From Anaerolineae bacterium (GTDB lineage: Bacteria; Chloroflexota; Anaerolineae; B4-G1; SLSP01), in the NCBI GenBank assembly GCA_034676805.1, contig JAXDDO010000006.1, forward strand, positions 9,305 through 73,304: DNA of 64,000 nucleotides, given 5' to 3'. The notes beneath the pieces were generated by a model. It was not told the origin of the DNA and ran no database searches. It was given only the letters and a program-made list of their open reading frames with translations. A program made the position numbers and the translations under genes. Below are positions 8,239 to 18,105 of this stretch, one piece after another (positions within the stretch are counted from its first letter, which is position 1; each line of letters begins with the position of its first letter).

Positions 8239-9267
8239 GTGAAACTTAGAAGCATGAACATCCTGGTCGTCTCGCTCGTGGCCGCACTCCTGGTCACCGC
8301 ATGCGGTGGAACCCCAGCGCCGGCTGCGCCCACGGCCGCACCTACGAATACGCCAGCCCCAGCACCCGCTGTGACCGAAGCGCCTGCTACCGGCCCGCAG
8401 CTTCTACCCGAGGTGGACCCGCTGAGCGTGACCGGTGACATCGTCACCGCGGGCAGCTCCACGGTCTTCCCGCTCGCGGAACGGATGGCCGAGCGCTTCG
8501 AGGCCGAGGGCTATAGCGGCAACATCACCATCGACAGCATCGGCAGTGGCGCCGGATATGAGCGCTTCTGCGTCCAGGGCGAGACCGACATCGCCAACGC
8601 CAGTCGCGCCATCAAGGACTCCGAGAGCGAGGCCTGCAAGGCCATCGGTCGCACGGCGGTCGAGTTCCGAGTCGGCACCGACGCCCTCGCCGTGGTTATC
8701 AGCCAGCAGAACGACTTCGTCACCGACGTCACGATGGAAGAGCTCGCCGCCATCTTCTCTGACACCGCCACCAAGTGGTCCGATGTTCGCGCCGACTGGC
8801 CCAACGAGGACATCCTCCGCTTCATCCCCGGCACGGACAGCGGCACCTTCGACTACTTCGTCGAGGAAGTCTTCGATAGCGACGAGACTCCGCACCTCAG
8901 CGCCGCCAACACCCAGCTCAGCGAGGATGACAACGTCCTAGTCCAGGGCGTCCTCGGTAGCCCCTACGCCATCGGCTACTTCGGGTACGCCTACTACGCC
9001 GAGAACGCCGGCGCCCTGAAAATCCTCGCCATCGATGGTGTCGAGCCCATCAAGGAGAACGTCGACAACAACACCTATCCGCTCGCCCGACCACTCTTCA
9101 TCTACTCCGACCCCACCGTGATGCAGGAGAAGCCGCAAGTTGCCGCCTTCATCAACTTCTTCCTTACCTTCGTCAACGAGGAGGTCGTCGACGTCGGCTA
9201 CTTCCCCGCCAGCGATGAAGCGCTCACCGCCGCCCAGCGAGCCTGGCTCGATGCAATGGCCCAGTAG
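8239..9267 (+). CDS. pstS: Phosphate ABC transporter substrate-binding lipoprotein
   Basis: GGAGGAG RBS. Signal peptide with lipobox LLVTAC, a Pro/Thr/Ala-rich linker, and the PstS-family core GSSTVFPL...GSGAGYERF...ASR. Confidence 0.9.
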   Translation: MKLRSMNILVVSLVAALLVTACGGTPAPAAPTAAPTNTPAPAPAVTEAPATGPQLLPEVDPLSVTGDIVTAGSSTVFPLAERMAERFEAEGYSGNITIDSIGSGAGYERFCVQGETDIANASRAIKDSESEACKAIGRTAVEFRVGTDALAVVISQQNDFVTDVTMEELAAIFSDTATKWSDVRADWPNEDILRFIPGTDSGTFDYFVEEVFDSDETPHLSAANTQLSEDDNVLVQGVLGSPYAIGYFGYAYYAENAGALKILAIDGVEPIKENVDNNTYPLARPLFIYSDPTVMQEKPQVAAFINFFLTFVNEEVVDVGYFPASDEALTAAQRAWLDAMAQ

Positions 9268-9341
9268 CCGGTCATCCAGCAGGGAACCTGGTAGGTTGAG
9301 CATCCCAGCATCGGCGTCACAAAGTAGAAGGTCTGTCGATC

Positions 9342-9410
9342 GTTTCCCTCGCGCACAGGGTTTGTGCGCGAGGGAAACCCTTGTGACCAAGCCCCTGCGC
9401 AGACGCAGGG
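9342..9410 (+). other. Two intercistronic stem-loops between pstS and pstC
   Basis: Perfect 16-bp stem (GTTTCCCTCGCGCACA 9342-9357 pairing with TGTGCGCGAGGGAAAC 9363-9378). A second 7-bp hairpin CCCTGCG-CAGA-CGCAGGG lies at about 9392-9410. No U-tract follows either. Confidence 0.55.
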
Positions 9411-9481
9411 ACCTAAACAGCACCGCCCCCTCCGCAAGTGAGGGAAGGACAAGACGGTAGGTTCTGAGGAGACGCAGAACA

Positions 9482-10672
9482 ATGGCTATGGCCGAGAACG
9501 AGCGTGAGTTACGCACACTGGCACGCACCGGAAGCGACAGCATGAGAGGCCTTCGGCGACGCCCGCGAGTCGCCGAGACCCTCATCCAGACGTTCCTGTT
9601 CATCTGTGGCGCGATCTCGATCCTGACAACAGTCGGCATCGTCTATGAACTGGGCAAAGAGTCCCTACTCTTCTTCACGCGCCGACAATGGGAACAGACC
9701 AACAAACCACTCGCGGAGGATATCGAGGCCGACCGGACCGCCTTTGAGGTAAGCACCTCGGGTAAACCGTTGCCAGTGGGGGAACTGATCCGGATTGGCG
9801 AAGAGATCATGCGCGTTCAACTAGTCGAGGGCGGCACGGTCACCGTCGAGCGCGGCGTCAGAGGTACCACCGCCACCGCCCACAGGGCCGGGCTGGAAAT
9901 CCAGGCCGCTCAGGACGTGACCCTCGTCGAGTTCTTCGGCAGAACAGAATGGAATCCACAGATCGGCAAGTTCGGCATCTGGGCGCTCGTCAACGCAACG
10001 TTGATCACATCGGCCGTAGCCCTGAGTGTATCGCTCCCCTTGGGATTGGGTGTGGCGATCTACTTGAGCGAATACGCGACCGAGAAAGCACGGGCCACAC
10101 TGAAGCCGATTATGGAAGTCCTGGCCGGTGTTCCGACGGTCGTATACGGATATTTCGCGCTCACGTTCATGACGCCACTGTTGCGAACGCTTCTGGGCAC
10201 CCGCACGGTGGAAATCTACAACACCGCCTCCGCAGGCATTGTTATGGGCATCCTGATCCTGCCACTGGTGAGCTCGATGAGCGAGGATGCGTTGAGCGCC
10301 GTTCCCAATTCACTGCGCGAGGCAGCCTATGCCTTGGGCGCGACCAAGCTGGAAACAGCGATCAAGGTGGTCGTGCCGGCGGCCTTCTCGGGGCTGACTG
10401 CCGCGGTGATTGTCGCGGCGTCACGCGCCATCGGCGAGACGATGATCGTCGCCATTGCCGCTGGGGCCGGTCCCAACTTCACCTTCAACCCTTTCAAAGC
10501 GGCCGAGACGATGACCGGCCATATTGTGCGTATCAGCGGCGGCGACCTGAGCTACAACTCCCTCGACTATAACAGCATCTTCGCCATCGGACTGATGCTC
10601 TTTGTGATGACGCTGACGCTCAACATCGTCAGCCAGCACATTGTGCGCCGGTTCCGGGAGGAGTATGAATGA
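9482..10672 (+). CDS. pstC: Phosphate ABC transporter permease PstC (long form with an extracytoplasmic insertion of about 100 aa after TM1)
   Basis: Typical PstC permease core including the EAA-like loop [23 protein letters not shown]. An ATGA overlap couples it to pstA. Confidence 0.9.
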   Translation: MAMAENERELRTLARTGSDSMRGLRRRPRVAETLIQTFLFICGAISILTTVGIVYELGKESLLFFTRRQWEQTNKPLAEDIEADRTAFEVSTSGKPLPVGELIRIGEEIMRVQLVEGGTVTVERGVRGTTATAHRAGLEIQAAQDVTLVEFFGRTEWNPQIGKFGIWALVNATLITSAVALSVSLPLGLGVAIYLSEYATEKARATLKPIMEVLAGVPTVVYGYFALTFMTPLLRTLLGTRTVEIYNTASAGIVMGILILPLVSSMSEDALSAVPNSLREAAYALGATKLETAIKVVVPAAFSGLTAAVIVAASRAIGETMIVAIAAGAGPNFTFNPFKAAETMTGHIVRISGGDLSYNSLDYNSIFAIGLMLFVMTLTLNIVSQHIVRRFREEYE

Positions 10673-11925
10673 TATCCGAGAGAAAAACCGTGATCGCCCG
10701 TGAGCCGTTTGACCCGGGAGTGCGGCATCGAAACCGACGGGCGGGCTTGTGGCGCAGGGTCTTCAAGGCTGCAACCGCGGTGGGTATCGTTTTCCTAGCC
10801 GCCCTGCTGGTCAGCATCGTTAACGACGCATTCGGCTACGTCGCCATTGAGAACTCCATCGACCCGGCAGCCCTCAGCCCCGATGGCACGCCCTTGGCGG
10901 CATTGCCGAAGGACGTCCTGACCCAGATCCTGGCAGCCAACGTCTCAAAGGGCCTCTTCCGGCGTTTCGAGCATGACCATCCTTTCGAGGACCGTACCCA
11001 AGAAGACGTCTATGGCCTGATCCTTGAGCACGTCGTTGAGCCAAAGATCGTGGCCCAGTGGACGCTATGGGATTCGCTTACACGGCGGCGCGCGATTGCG
11101 GAGGATGTCGCCACGCGCTTTCCTGACGCGGAGCTCCGCTTTGAGACCTGGCTCGACGTCGCGTTCATCACCTCGCCACAGTCAGCGGATGCTGCCAGAG
11201 CAGGCGTACGCACAGCCATTCTTGGCTCGCTCTGGACGATCGCCATCGCGATCGTCATTGCCTTCCCCCTGGGGGTCGGCGCGGCAATCTACCTGCAGGA
11301 ATATGCGACCGAGAATGCCATCAATCGTGTTATCCAGACCAATATCACCAACCTGGCCGGCGTGCCCTCCATCATCTACGGCATGTTGGGGCTGGCGGTC
11401 TTCGTCCGCGCTCTCCAGCCACTGACAAGCGGGGCGCTCTTCGGCCTGGCGGACCCAACGACGGCCAATGGACGGACGATCCTCTCAGCCGGGATGACCC
11501 TGGCACTGCTCATTCTGCCGCTGATCATCATCAACGCCCAGGAAGCGATCAAGGCCGTGCCAAACTCGCTGCGCGAGGCCTCCTTCGGGCTGGGTGCAAC
11601 GCGTTGGCAGACCATCTGGCATCACGTCCTTCCCAGTGCGATGCCCGGCATCCTGACGGGTACGATCCTTTCCATCTCACGCGCCGTTGGCGAGACGGCG
11701 CCGTTGGTGGTGGTGGGGGCGTCGACCTACATCACGATGGACCCAAGCGGGCCTTTCTCGAAATTCACGACGCTACCGATCCAGATCTACCAATGGACAG
11801 CACGTCCCCAGAGTGTTTTCCGCAACATCGCCGCCGCCGCGATTGTCGTCCTGCTCGGCCTGTTGCTCAGCCTAAACGCAGCCGCCATTCTGCTGCGCAA
11901 CCGTTTCAGCAAACGCGCCCTATGA
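10669..11925 (+). CDS. pstA: Phosphate ABC transporter permease PstA (long form with a large loop after TM1)
   Basis: EAA loop [24 protein letters not shown]. An ATGA overlap with pstC and an ATGA overlap with pstB. Confidence 0.9.
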   Translation: MISERKTVIAREPFDPGVRHRNRRAGLWRRVFKAATAVGIVFLAALLVSIVNDAFGYVAIENSIDPAALSPDGTPLAALPKDVLTQILAANVSKGLFRRFEHDHPFEDRTQEDVYGLILEHVVEPKIVAQWTLWDSLTRRRAIAEDVATRFPDAELRFETWLDVAFITSPQSADAARAGVRTAILGSLWTIAIAIVIAFPLGVGAAIYLQEYATENAINRVIQTNITNLAGVPSIIYGMLGLAVFVRALQPLTSGALFGLADPTTANGRTILSAGMTLALLILPLIIINAQEAIKAVPNSLREASFGLGATRWQTIWHHVLPSAMPGILTGTILSISRAVGETAPLVVVGASTYITMDPSGPFSKFTTLPIQIYQWTARPQSVFRNIAAAAIVVLLGLLLSLNAAAILLRNRFSKRAL

Positions 11926-12752
11926 GAGTTGAGGCCATGAACCAGACTGCGACCCTATTTATGACAAAGCCTTCGGAGTATACCAACCGATACGCGATCG
12001 AGGCTCAGAATCTGCACGTCTACTATGGAGACTTCCTGGCTCTGAGAGATGTGAACCTCAGGATCGAGCGGCACAGAGTGACCGCAATCATCGGCCCCTC
12101 GGGATGTGGCAAAAGCACAATGCTGCGCACCTTCAACCGCATGAACGAACTCTTCCGTTCGGCGCGCACCGAGGGGAAGGTGCTCTTTGATGGGGTCGAT
12201 ATCTACCAATCGGAAATCGACCCCGTGGAGGTGCGGCGCCGTATCGGCATGGTCTTCCAGAAACCGAACCCCTTCCCCAAGAGCATCTACGAGAACGTGG
12301 CATGGGGCGCCCGCATCAACGGCTTCAAGGGGAACATGGATGACCTGGTCTTCGAGTCGCTCACGAAAGCCGCGCTCTGGGATGAGGTCAAGGACAAGCT
12401 AGGACAGAGCGGCCTGTCGCTGTCCGGCGGCCAACAGCAACGACTCTGCATTGCACGCACCATCGCGACCCGGCCCGACATCATCCTGATGGACGAACCC
12501 GCGTCGGCGCTGGACCCGATCGCCACGCTCCGCATCGAGGAGTTGATGCGCCAACTGGTCAAGGATTACACCATCATCGTCGTCACCCACAATATGCAGC
12601 AGGCCGGACGCGTCTCTGACTACACGGCCTTCTTCTCGCTGGACGACGACGATCGTGCTGGGGTTCTGGTCGAGTACGGCGCCACCCGCAAGATCTTCTC
12701 CAACCCGGAACAGCAAATCACGGAGGACTACATCACGGGAAGGTTCGGCTAA
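11922..12752 (+). CDS. pstB: Phosphate ABC transporter ATP-binding protein
   Basis: Walker [10 protein letters not shown], signature LSGGQQQR, Walker [15 protein letters not shown] 11922 overlaps the pstA stop; ATG 11937 is an alternative. The track start at 11604 lies inside pstA in another frame. Confidence 0.9.
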   Translation: MRVEAMNQTATLFMTKPSEYTNRYAIEAQNLHVYYGDFLALRDVNLRIERHRVTAIIGPSGCGKSTMLRTFNRMNELFRSARTEGKVLFDGVDIYQSEIDPVEVRRRIGMVFQKPNPFPKSIYENVAWGARINGFKGNMDDLVFESLTKAALWDEVKDKLGQSGLSLSGGQQQRLCIARTIATRPDIILMDEPASALDPIATLRIEELMRQLVKDYTIIVVTHNMQQAGRVSDYTAFFSLDDDDRAGVLVEYGATRKIFSNPEQQITEDYITGRFG

Positions 12753-12770
12753 GGCGCCACCGGTTCACGC

Positions 12771-14630
12771 CTATGCCAGCTCCGGGACATCCGGCGCCGG
12801 CTCTGCCGGGCGGTCAGGTAGGCGGTCATCCGGGCTCAAGACAGCCTCGGGCAGCGAGAAACAGAAGGTACTACCGACGCCTTCCAAACTCTTCACCCAG
12901 ATCCGACCGCCGTGACCCTGCACGATATGCTTAGCGATTGCCAGGCCCAAGCCGGTGCCATCGTGAGCGCGCGCGCGATCCGTCTTGTAGAACCGCTCGA
13001 AGATCCTTGGCAGCTCCACGTCTCGGATGCCGATGCCTGTATCCTCGACGGCAATCACGACCTCCCGGGACGAAGCAGACTCGGCCCCCAGCTCGGGAGC
13101 GTCGCCTCGCCAAGCAGAGACCTGGATTTTGCCACCCGATGGCGTGAACTTGATCGCATTGTGCACCAAGTTGGTGACCACCTGCTGGATGCGCTTGGCG
13201 TCGGCACGCACCCGTGGCAGATCCTCCGGCACTGAGGCGCTCAATTCAACTCCCTTGCGCTCGGCCTGGGGTTGGAGGCGCTTGAGGGGCTTCTGGATCA
13301 GCTTGCGAACGCGCGTGGGCTTGATGTCCAGGGGCACGCGACCCGACTCGATGCGCGAGAGCTCCAGAAGCTCCTCCACCATCTGCGTCAACGAGGCCAG
13401 CTCGGTCTCCATGTGCGTGACGAAGCGACGCGCCGCCGGCGGATCCTCGATCGCGCCATCGCGCAGCGTCTCCACGACCAGCGCCAGCGAGGCGAGGGGG
13501 GTTCGCAGCTCGTGCGAGATGTTGCTGATGAAGTCACGCCGTATCGTCTCCAACCGCCGGATATGCGTCAGATCCTGCAGCATCACCAGATAGCGCGGCG
13601 GATCAGTTGCCCGCAGCGGCGTGAAGACCGCATAGACGAAACTGCCGTCGAGCACCGTCTCCACCGCCTCTGTCTGCTCCTCACCGGTCTCGACGCAACG
13701 ATTCCATAGGTCAATCAACTGCGAGCTGTGAGCCACCTGCGCAAAGCGGCGCCCCACTGCCCGCACCTCATCATAGCGAAGGATGTTGGCGGCCGCGCTG
13801 TTTATCATCACAACCGTTCCGGCTTCATCGGTGATAATCACGCCATCGGCCATGTGCTCCAGGACCGCGGAGAGGCGCGCCCGCTCGAGCGCGAGGGTAG
13901 CGACCTGGTCCTGAAGCTGATCGACCATATGGTTGACTGCGCGGGTCAGAGTCCCGATCTCGTCCTGCCTTACCAGCAGGAGGCGCCGACTCAGGTCGCC
14001 CGCAGCGACGCGCTCAACCGCCTCGGTGAGACGCCGGATCGGCGTGACGATCCGTGCGGCGACATATGTGGACAGAGCCAGGGCCACGAGCGCAGTCAGG
14101 CTCCCCGCCAGAACAATGCTCCGGCTCAACGCGCCGACGGATGCTTCAACCTCTGCAAGGGGCAGGGCAGTCCGTGCAACCCCCACCACGGCGTCGCCGC
14201 GCCTGATTGCTACCGCGACGTACATCACCTCGTGGCGCAGCGTCTGGCTCAAGCGCGTAGCTGATCCTCGTCCCACACTGAGGGCCTGCTGAACCTCGGG
14301 CCTGAAGAGGTGGTTCTCCATCGTCGCTGGATCGGCATGGGATTCGGCCAGCACGACGCCATCGCTGCCAATGACCGTTACGCGCTGGGCTAACAGCACC
14401 GCCCAACGGTCGACCTTGCCCTGAAGAGACCCCCCATCCGAGCCGGTGAGGGTATCTTGCGTCTCCAGGTCCGCGGCGATGAGCGCCGCCTCGGCGTGAA
14501 GCCGGCTCTCCAGATCATCCAGCCGGGCCCGCCGTGCCTGGTTCGATATCCATAGAGACAACCCCAGCGTGGCGAGCACGATGATCAGCGCGTAGGGAAT
14601 CGTGATTCGCCACCAAATGGACTTGAGCAT
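12771..14630 (-). CDS. Sensor histidine kinase, PhoR-like (2 TM, HAMP, PAS, HisKA, HATPase_c)
   Basis: H-box SHELRTPL, N-box LVHNAIKFT, G1 DTGIGI and G2 GTGLGLAI. The ATG lies 1 nt after the response-regulator stop. The gene is convergent with pstB. Confidence 0.85.
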   Translation of the reverse strand: MLKSIWWRITIPYALIIVLATLGLSLWISNQARRARLDDLESRLHAEAALIAADLETQDTLTGSDGGSLQGKVDRWAVLLAQRVTVIGSDGVVLAESHADPATMENHLFRPEVQQALSVGRGSATRLSQTLRHEVMYVAVAIRRGDAVVGVARTALPLAEVEASVGALSRSIVLAGSLTALVALALSTYVAARIVTPIRRLTEAVERVAAGDLSRRLLLVRQDEIGTLTRAVNHMVDQLQDQVATLALERARLSAVLEHMADGVIITDEAGTVVMINSAAANILRYDEVRAVGRRFAQVAHSSQLIDLWNRCVETGEEQTEAVETVLDGSFVYAVFTPLRATDPPRYLVMLQDLTHIRRLETIRRDFISNISHELRTPLASLALVVETLRDGAIEDPPAARRFVTHMETELASLTQMVEELLELSRIESGRVPLDIKPTRVRKLIQKPLKRLQPQAERKGVELSASVPEDLPRVRADAKRIQQVVTNLVHNAIKFTPSGGKIQVSAWRGDAPELGAESASSREVVIAVEDTGIGIRDVELPRIFERFYKTDRARAHDGTGLGLAIAKHIVQGHGGRIWVKSLEGVGSTFCFSLPEAVLSPDDRLPDRPAEPAPDVPELA

Positions 14631-14631
14631 G

Positions 14632-15351
14632 TCACCCCTCAAACCGATACCCTACCCCGCGCACAGTTAGGATCCGTGTGGGTTCACCCGGGTCATCCTC
14701 GATCTTCTCGCGCAACCACCGCACATGGACATCGACGGTACGGCTTCCGCCCGTGTAGTCCCACCCCCAGACAGCCTCGAGCAACTGATCGCGGGACAGA
14801 GCCCGGCCCCTGGCCTGTGCCAGATAGCTCAGCAGTTCATACTCCTTCGGTTTCAGGGGCAGCGGGTTGCCGCGCAACGTCACTTCCCGGCGCTCAGCGT
14901 CGATCACCAGATCGCCAAACTGCATGCGGCGTCTCGATGCGTCCACTGGCGCGTCCGGCGCCTCGCCGGCATAGGCCTGACGCATCAGGCGAACCCGGCG
15001 CAGCTGCGCCTTGATGCGGGCCAGAAGCTCGCGCATGCTGAAGGGCTTGGTGAGATAGTCATCGGCGCCCACCTCCAGCCCCACGATCTTGTCCACCTCG
15101 TCATCGCGAGCGGTCAGCATGATGATCGGCGCGTTGGTCTCCTGACGTAGTACACGACAGACCTCGAACCCATCGATGCCCGGAAGCATAATATCCAGCA
15201 AGATCAGGTCGGGCCCTGTCCGTTGCGCCAGCTCGACCCCGCGCTTGCCATCCGCCGCCGTGGTCACCTCGTAGCCCTGGCGGATCAGGTTGTACGACAG
15301 GGTCTCCCGAAGGACCAGGTCATCTTCGACAATGAGCACTCTCTCAGCCAT
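14632..15351 (-). CDS. OmpR/PhoB-family response regulator (PhoP/PhoB-like)
   Basis: Receiver domain (LIVEDD...[13 protein letters not shown]...KPF) plus a winged-helix C-terminus (...[10 protein letters not shown]). GAGGGA RBS. Confidence 0.9.
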   Translation of the reverse strand: MAERVLIVEDDLVLRETLSYNLIRQGYEVTTAADGKRGVELAQRTGPDLILLDIMLPGIDGFEVCRVLRQETNAPIIMLTARDDEVDKIVGLEVGADDYLTKPFSMRELLARIKAQLRRVRLMRQAYAGEAPDAPVDASRRRMQFGDLVIDAERREVTLRGNPLPLKPKEYELLSYLAQARGRALSRDQLLEAVWGWDYTGGSRTVDVHVRWLREKIEDDPGEPTRILTVRGVGYRFEG

Positions 15352-15385
15352 ATATCCCTCGACTTACAGTGCGACCTGGGCCAGC

Positions 15386-16456
15386 TCACACCTCCGGCGG
15401 GCCGTCGGAGCTCCCACTGGCCACCTTGTAGTGGACCTCGGGAAGCGACCGCAACCGCATCGCGGCCTGCTCCGCCGTGAGGTCGCGCTGGGGCTCGGCC
15501 AGCATCTCATAGCCGACCATGAACTTCTTGACGGTGGCGGATCGCAACAGGGGCGGATAGTAGTGTGCATGCAACTGCCAATGGACGCCACTGCCGCTGC
15601 CGGTGGGCGCGCCGTGCCAGCCCATCGAATAGGGGAATGACGTCTCGAAGAGATTGTCATACTTGATCAGCAACCGCTGCAGCACCTCCGCCAGCGTCGT
15701 CCGTTCTCGGGCGACGAGCTCGGGCAGGCGCAGGACGTGACGGCGGGGCAGGACCAGGGTCTCGAATGGCCAGACAGCCCAATAGGGGACCACGACCAAC
15801 CAATCGTCGTTCTCCACCAAAACCCGTACCCCCTCGCGCGCCTCCAGCTCCGCATAGTCCAGCAGTAGGGGCCGGCCGTAGGCGTCGAGGTAGGCACGCT
15901 GGGCCACATCCTCCTTGCTTGGCTCATTGGGCAGCGCGTCGCCCGCCCACACCTGCCCGTGTGGATGCGGGTTCGAGCATCCCATCACCGTCCCCTTGTT
16001 CTCGAAGACCTGTACCCAACGGTATTGCTCTCCCAGTTCCTCGGTCTGTTCGGCCCAGACGTCGACCACACGCCGGATATCCGTGACGTCCATTTCAGCA
16101 AGGGTGAGATCGTGACGCGGCGAGAAACAGATGACCCGACACGTCCCCTGCTCGGTCTGCGCGCGCAACAAGGGATGCGGCTGCACGTCGACCGAGGGCG
16201 TGTCCGGCAGGAGTGCCGCAAAGTCATTCGTGAAGACGTATGTGGCCGTGTACTGTGGATTCTGAGCACCCCCGGCCCGTTCGTTGCCGGGGCATAGATA
16301 ACAGGCCGGGTCGTACGCTGGCCGGTCATCTTGGGGCGGACGCTCTACCTGGCCCTTCCAGGGCCGCTTCGTACGGTGGGGTGACACCGTGATCCATTCC
16401 CCCGTGAGAGCATTGAGGCGGCGATGCGGATGGTCCGCCGGCCTGAACTCGGACAT
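15386..16456 (-). CDS. galT: Galactose-1-phosphate uridylyltransferase (UDP-glucose--hexose-1-phosphate uridylyltransferase)
   Basis: Zinc motif CYLCPGNER and active-site HPHGQVWA (the H-x-H-x-Q motif). N-terminal [30 protein letters not shown]. Confidence 0.9.
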   Translation of the reverse strand: MSEFRPADHPHRRLNALTGEWITVSPHRTKRPWKGQVERPPQDDRPAYDPACYLCPGNERAGGAQNPQYTATYVFTNDFAALLPDTPSVDVQPHPLLRAQTEQGTCRVICFSPRHDLTLAEMDVTDIRRVVDVWAEQTEELGEQYRWVQVFENKGTVMGCSNPHPHGQVWAGDALPNEPSKEDVAQRAYLDAYGRPLLLDYAELEAREGVRVLVENDDWLVVVPYWAVWPFETLVLPRRHVLRLPELVARERTTLAEVLQRLLIKYDNLFETSFPYSMGWHGAPTGSGSGVHWQLHAHYYPPLLRSATVKKFMVGYEMLAEPQRDLTAEQAAMRLRSLPEVHYKVASGSSDGPPEV

Positions 16457-16742
16457 GATGACCTCCCCGTGATCAATGTACGCAGCGCGTGTCTGTAGCC
16501 GAACCCCAGTAGGCGGGCGATCAGCCGGTCAAGCGCAGCAAGCCCGGGAACACGCCGGCACACAGGCAGACCGCTACCGATCGCCACAGCTGCTACGACA
16601 CTCTATTATAGCTGGCTCTCGCCCGAATGCGTTGTCTGTGGACGATCCGCGTTCCGGGGCGGCTGCATCCTGCAGGGTTGGCGGCCCCGGCTGCCCGTTG
16701 GGCGATTGCCACGCCGCGAAAGCGGGCTAGACTAACCGCAAG

Positions 16743-18026
16743 ATGGCCAGACAGACCTACACACTCCCATACGGGCGGCGAACGCTGACCTTGGTGCTGG
16801 AGACGGATGCACAGGTAACAGAACTCCTGCCCAAGGAAACCGCTGCGGCGCCCGACCCCATAGGCGCCATTACCGCGGCCCTGGCCGAACCGGTCGGCGG
16901 GACGTGCCTGGCAGACTTCAAATCCGCCCGATCCGTCGCCATCGCCATCAACGACAAGACGCGCCCGGTACCCCACCATCTGCTGCTGCCCCCGCTCCTT
17001 GAGGCACTGGAACGGGAGCTGGCGCTGCCCCCCGAGGCCATCACACTGGTAATCGCCACCGGCACACACATCCCGATGCCGCCGGAGAGCTTCGCCAGCG
17101 TCGTGCCGCCCGCCGTGCTGGCGCGCTATCCGGTCGTCTCGCACGACTGCGATGCCGGCGACCAAGTGGCCCTGGGGACCACATCGCGGGGCACACCGGT
17201 CAGCATCAACCGCCGCTATATGGAGGCAGACCTGCGCATGGTTGTGGGCAATGTCGAACCGCACCACTTCGCGGGGTACTCAGGCGGCGTGAAGAGCGCA
17301 GCGATTGGGTTGGCCGGACGGGAGACGATCACGGCCAACCATAGTCTTCTGCTGGATGCGCGCTCGGTGCTGGCATGCTACGAGACCAATCCCCTGCGAC
17401 AGGATGTCGAGGAGATCGGGTGCATGTTGGGGGTACATTTTGCCCTGAACGTCGTGATGAACGACCACAAGGAGATCGTCGCCGCGTTCGCCGGAAGCCC
17501 GCAGGCGGTGATGCACACAGCAATACCACGCCTCCGGCACATCTACGAGATCGAGGTGCCCGAGCCTTTCGATGTGATGATCACCAGCCCGGGCGGCTAC
17601 CCCAAGGACATCAACCTCTACCAGGCGCACAAGGCAGTCTCGTGCGCCAACCGGGTAACGCGCGAGGGGGGCGCGATCGTTCTCGTGGCTGCCTGCGAGG
17701 ACGGCTCTGGCAGCCAGGGATGGGAAACGTACATGGCACGCGGGTTCACCTCTCACGCAGAAGCCATGGCACAGTTTACCCGCGAGCCCTTTCGCATTGG
17801 CCCCCACAAGGCCTATATCTTCGGCAGGGACGCGGTCCGGCTAAGCGGGCTGTGGATTGTGTCGGATATGGATCCCAAACGCGTGCGGCAGCTCCTGCTC
17901 ACGCCTGCGACACTGGAAGAGGCCGTCGCCGCTGCAGTCGCGCCGCTGCCCGGCACTGCGCGCGTCGGCATCATGCCCTACGCCAACGCGACGATACCGG
18001 GGCTGCGCGGAGCGCGCCCGGGCTAA
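16743..18026 (+). CDS. LarA-family nickel-pincer (NPN)-dependent 2-hydroxyacid racemase/epimerase homologue
   Basis: Motifs match LarA catalytic and cofactor positions as I recall them: INDKTRP, ATGTH (first catalytic His), EPHHFAGYSGGVKS (second His plus the NPN-tethering Lys), ANH (Ni ligand), and YQAHK. Confidence 0.8.
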   Translation: MARQTYTLPYGRRTLTLVLETDAQVTELLPKETAAAPDPIGAITAALAEPVGGTCLADFKSARSVAIAINDKTRPVPHHLLLPPLLEALERELALPPEAITLVIATGTHIPMPPESFASVVPPAVLARYPVVSHDCDAGDQVALGTTSRGTPVSINRRYMEADLRMVVGNVEPHHFAGYSGGVKSAAIGLAGRETITANHSLLLDARSVLACYETNPLRQDVEEIGCMLGVHFALNVVMNDHKEIVAAFAGSPQAVMHTAIPRLRHIYEIEVPEPFDVMITSPGGYPKDINLYQAHKAVSCANRVTREGGAIVLVAACEDGSGSQGWETYMARGFTSHAEAMAQFTREPFRIGPHKAYIFGRDAVRLSGLWIVSDMDPKRVRQLLLTPATLEEAVAAAVAPLPGTARVGIMPYANATIPGLRGARPG

Positions 18027-18105
18027 CCGGCACGTGCCCAGCTGGCCGCTTCTGGGGATAGCAACCCGGGACACACAGCCGAGCCTTCTCGAAGGAGCCA
18101 ACCCT

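Noticed and set aside
8127-8462. 111-aa minus-strand ORF spanning the pstS promoter and signal-peptide region
   Set aside because: It overlaps the pstS start and the Pho-box region, and its translation is Ala/Gly/Val low-complexity. It is the antisense of the PT-rich linker coding region.
11604-11921. 5' extension of the pstB ORF (track start 11604), which would give a 382-aa protein
   Set aside because: The extension lies entirely inside pstA in a different frame and encodes an Arg/Pro-rich sequence. The ATG at 11922 overlaps the pstA stop (ATGA), and the ABC ATPase homology begins just after it.
17857-18105. Upstream extensions of several track ORFs (17857, 18944, 28928, 49809, 53110, 55536 on +; 3571, 42121, 46964, 48138, 49028, 50013, 53003, 61953 on -)
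   Set aside because: In each case the extension overlaps the preceding gene or intergenic DNA and is Arg/Pro/Gly-rich. An internal ATG/GTG with a GGAGG-type RBS coincides with the start of family homology, so the shorter coordinates were used.
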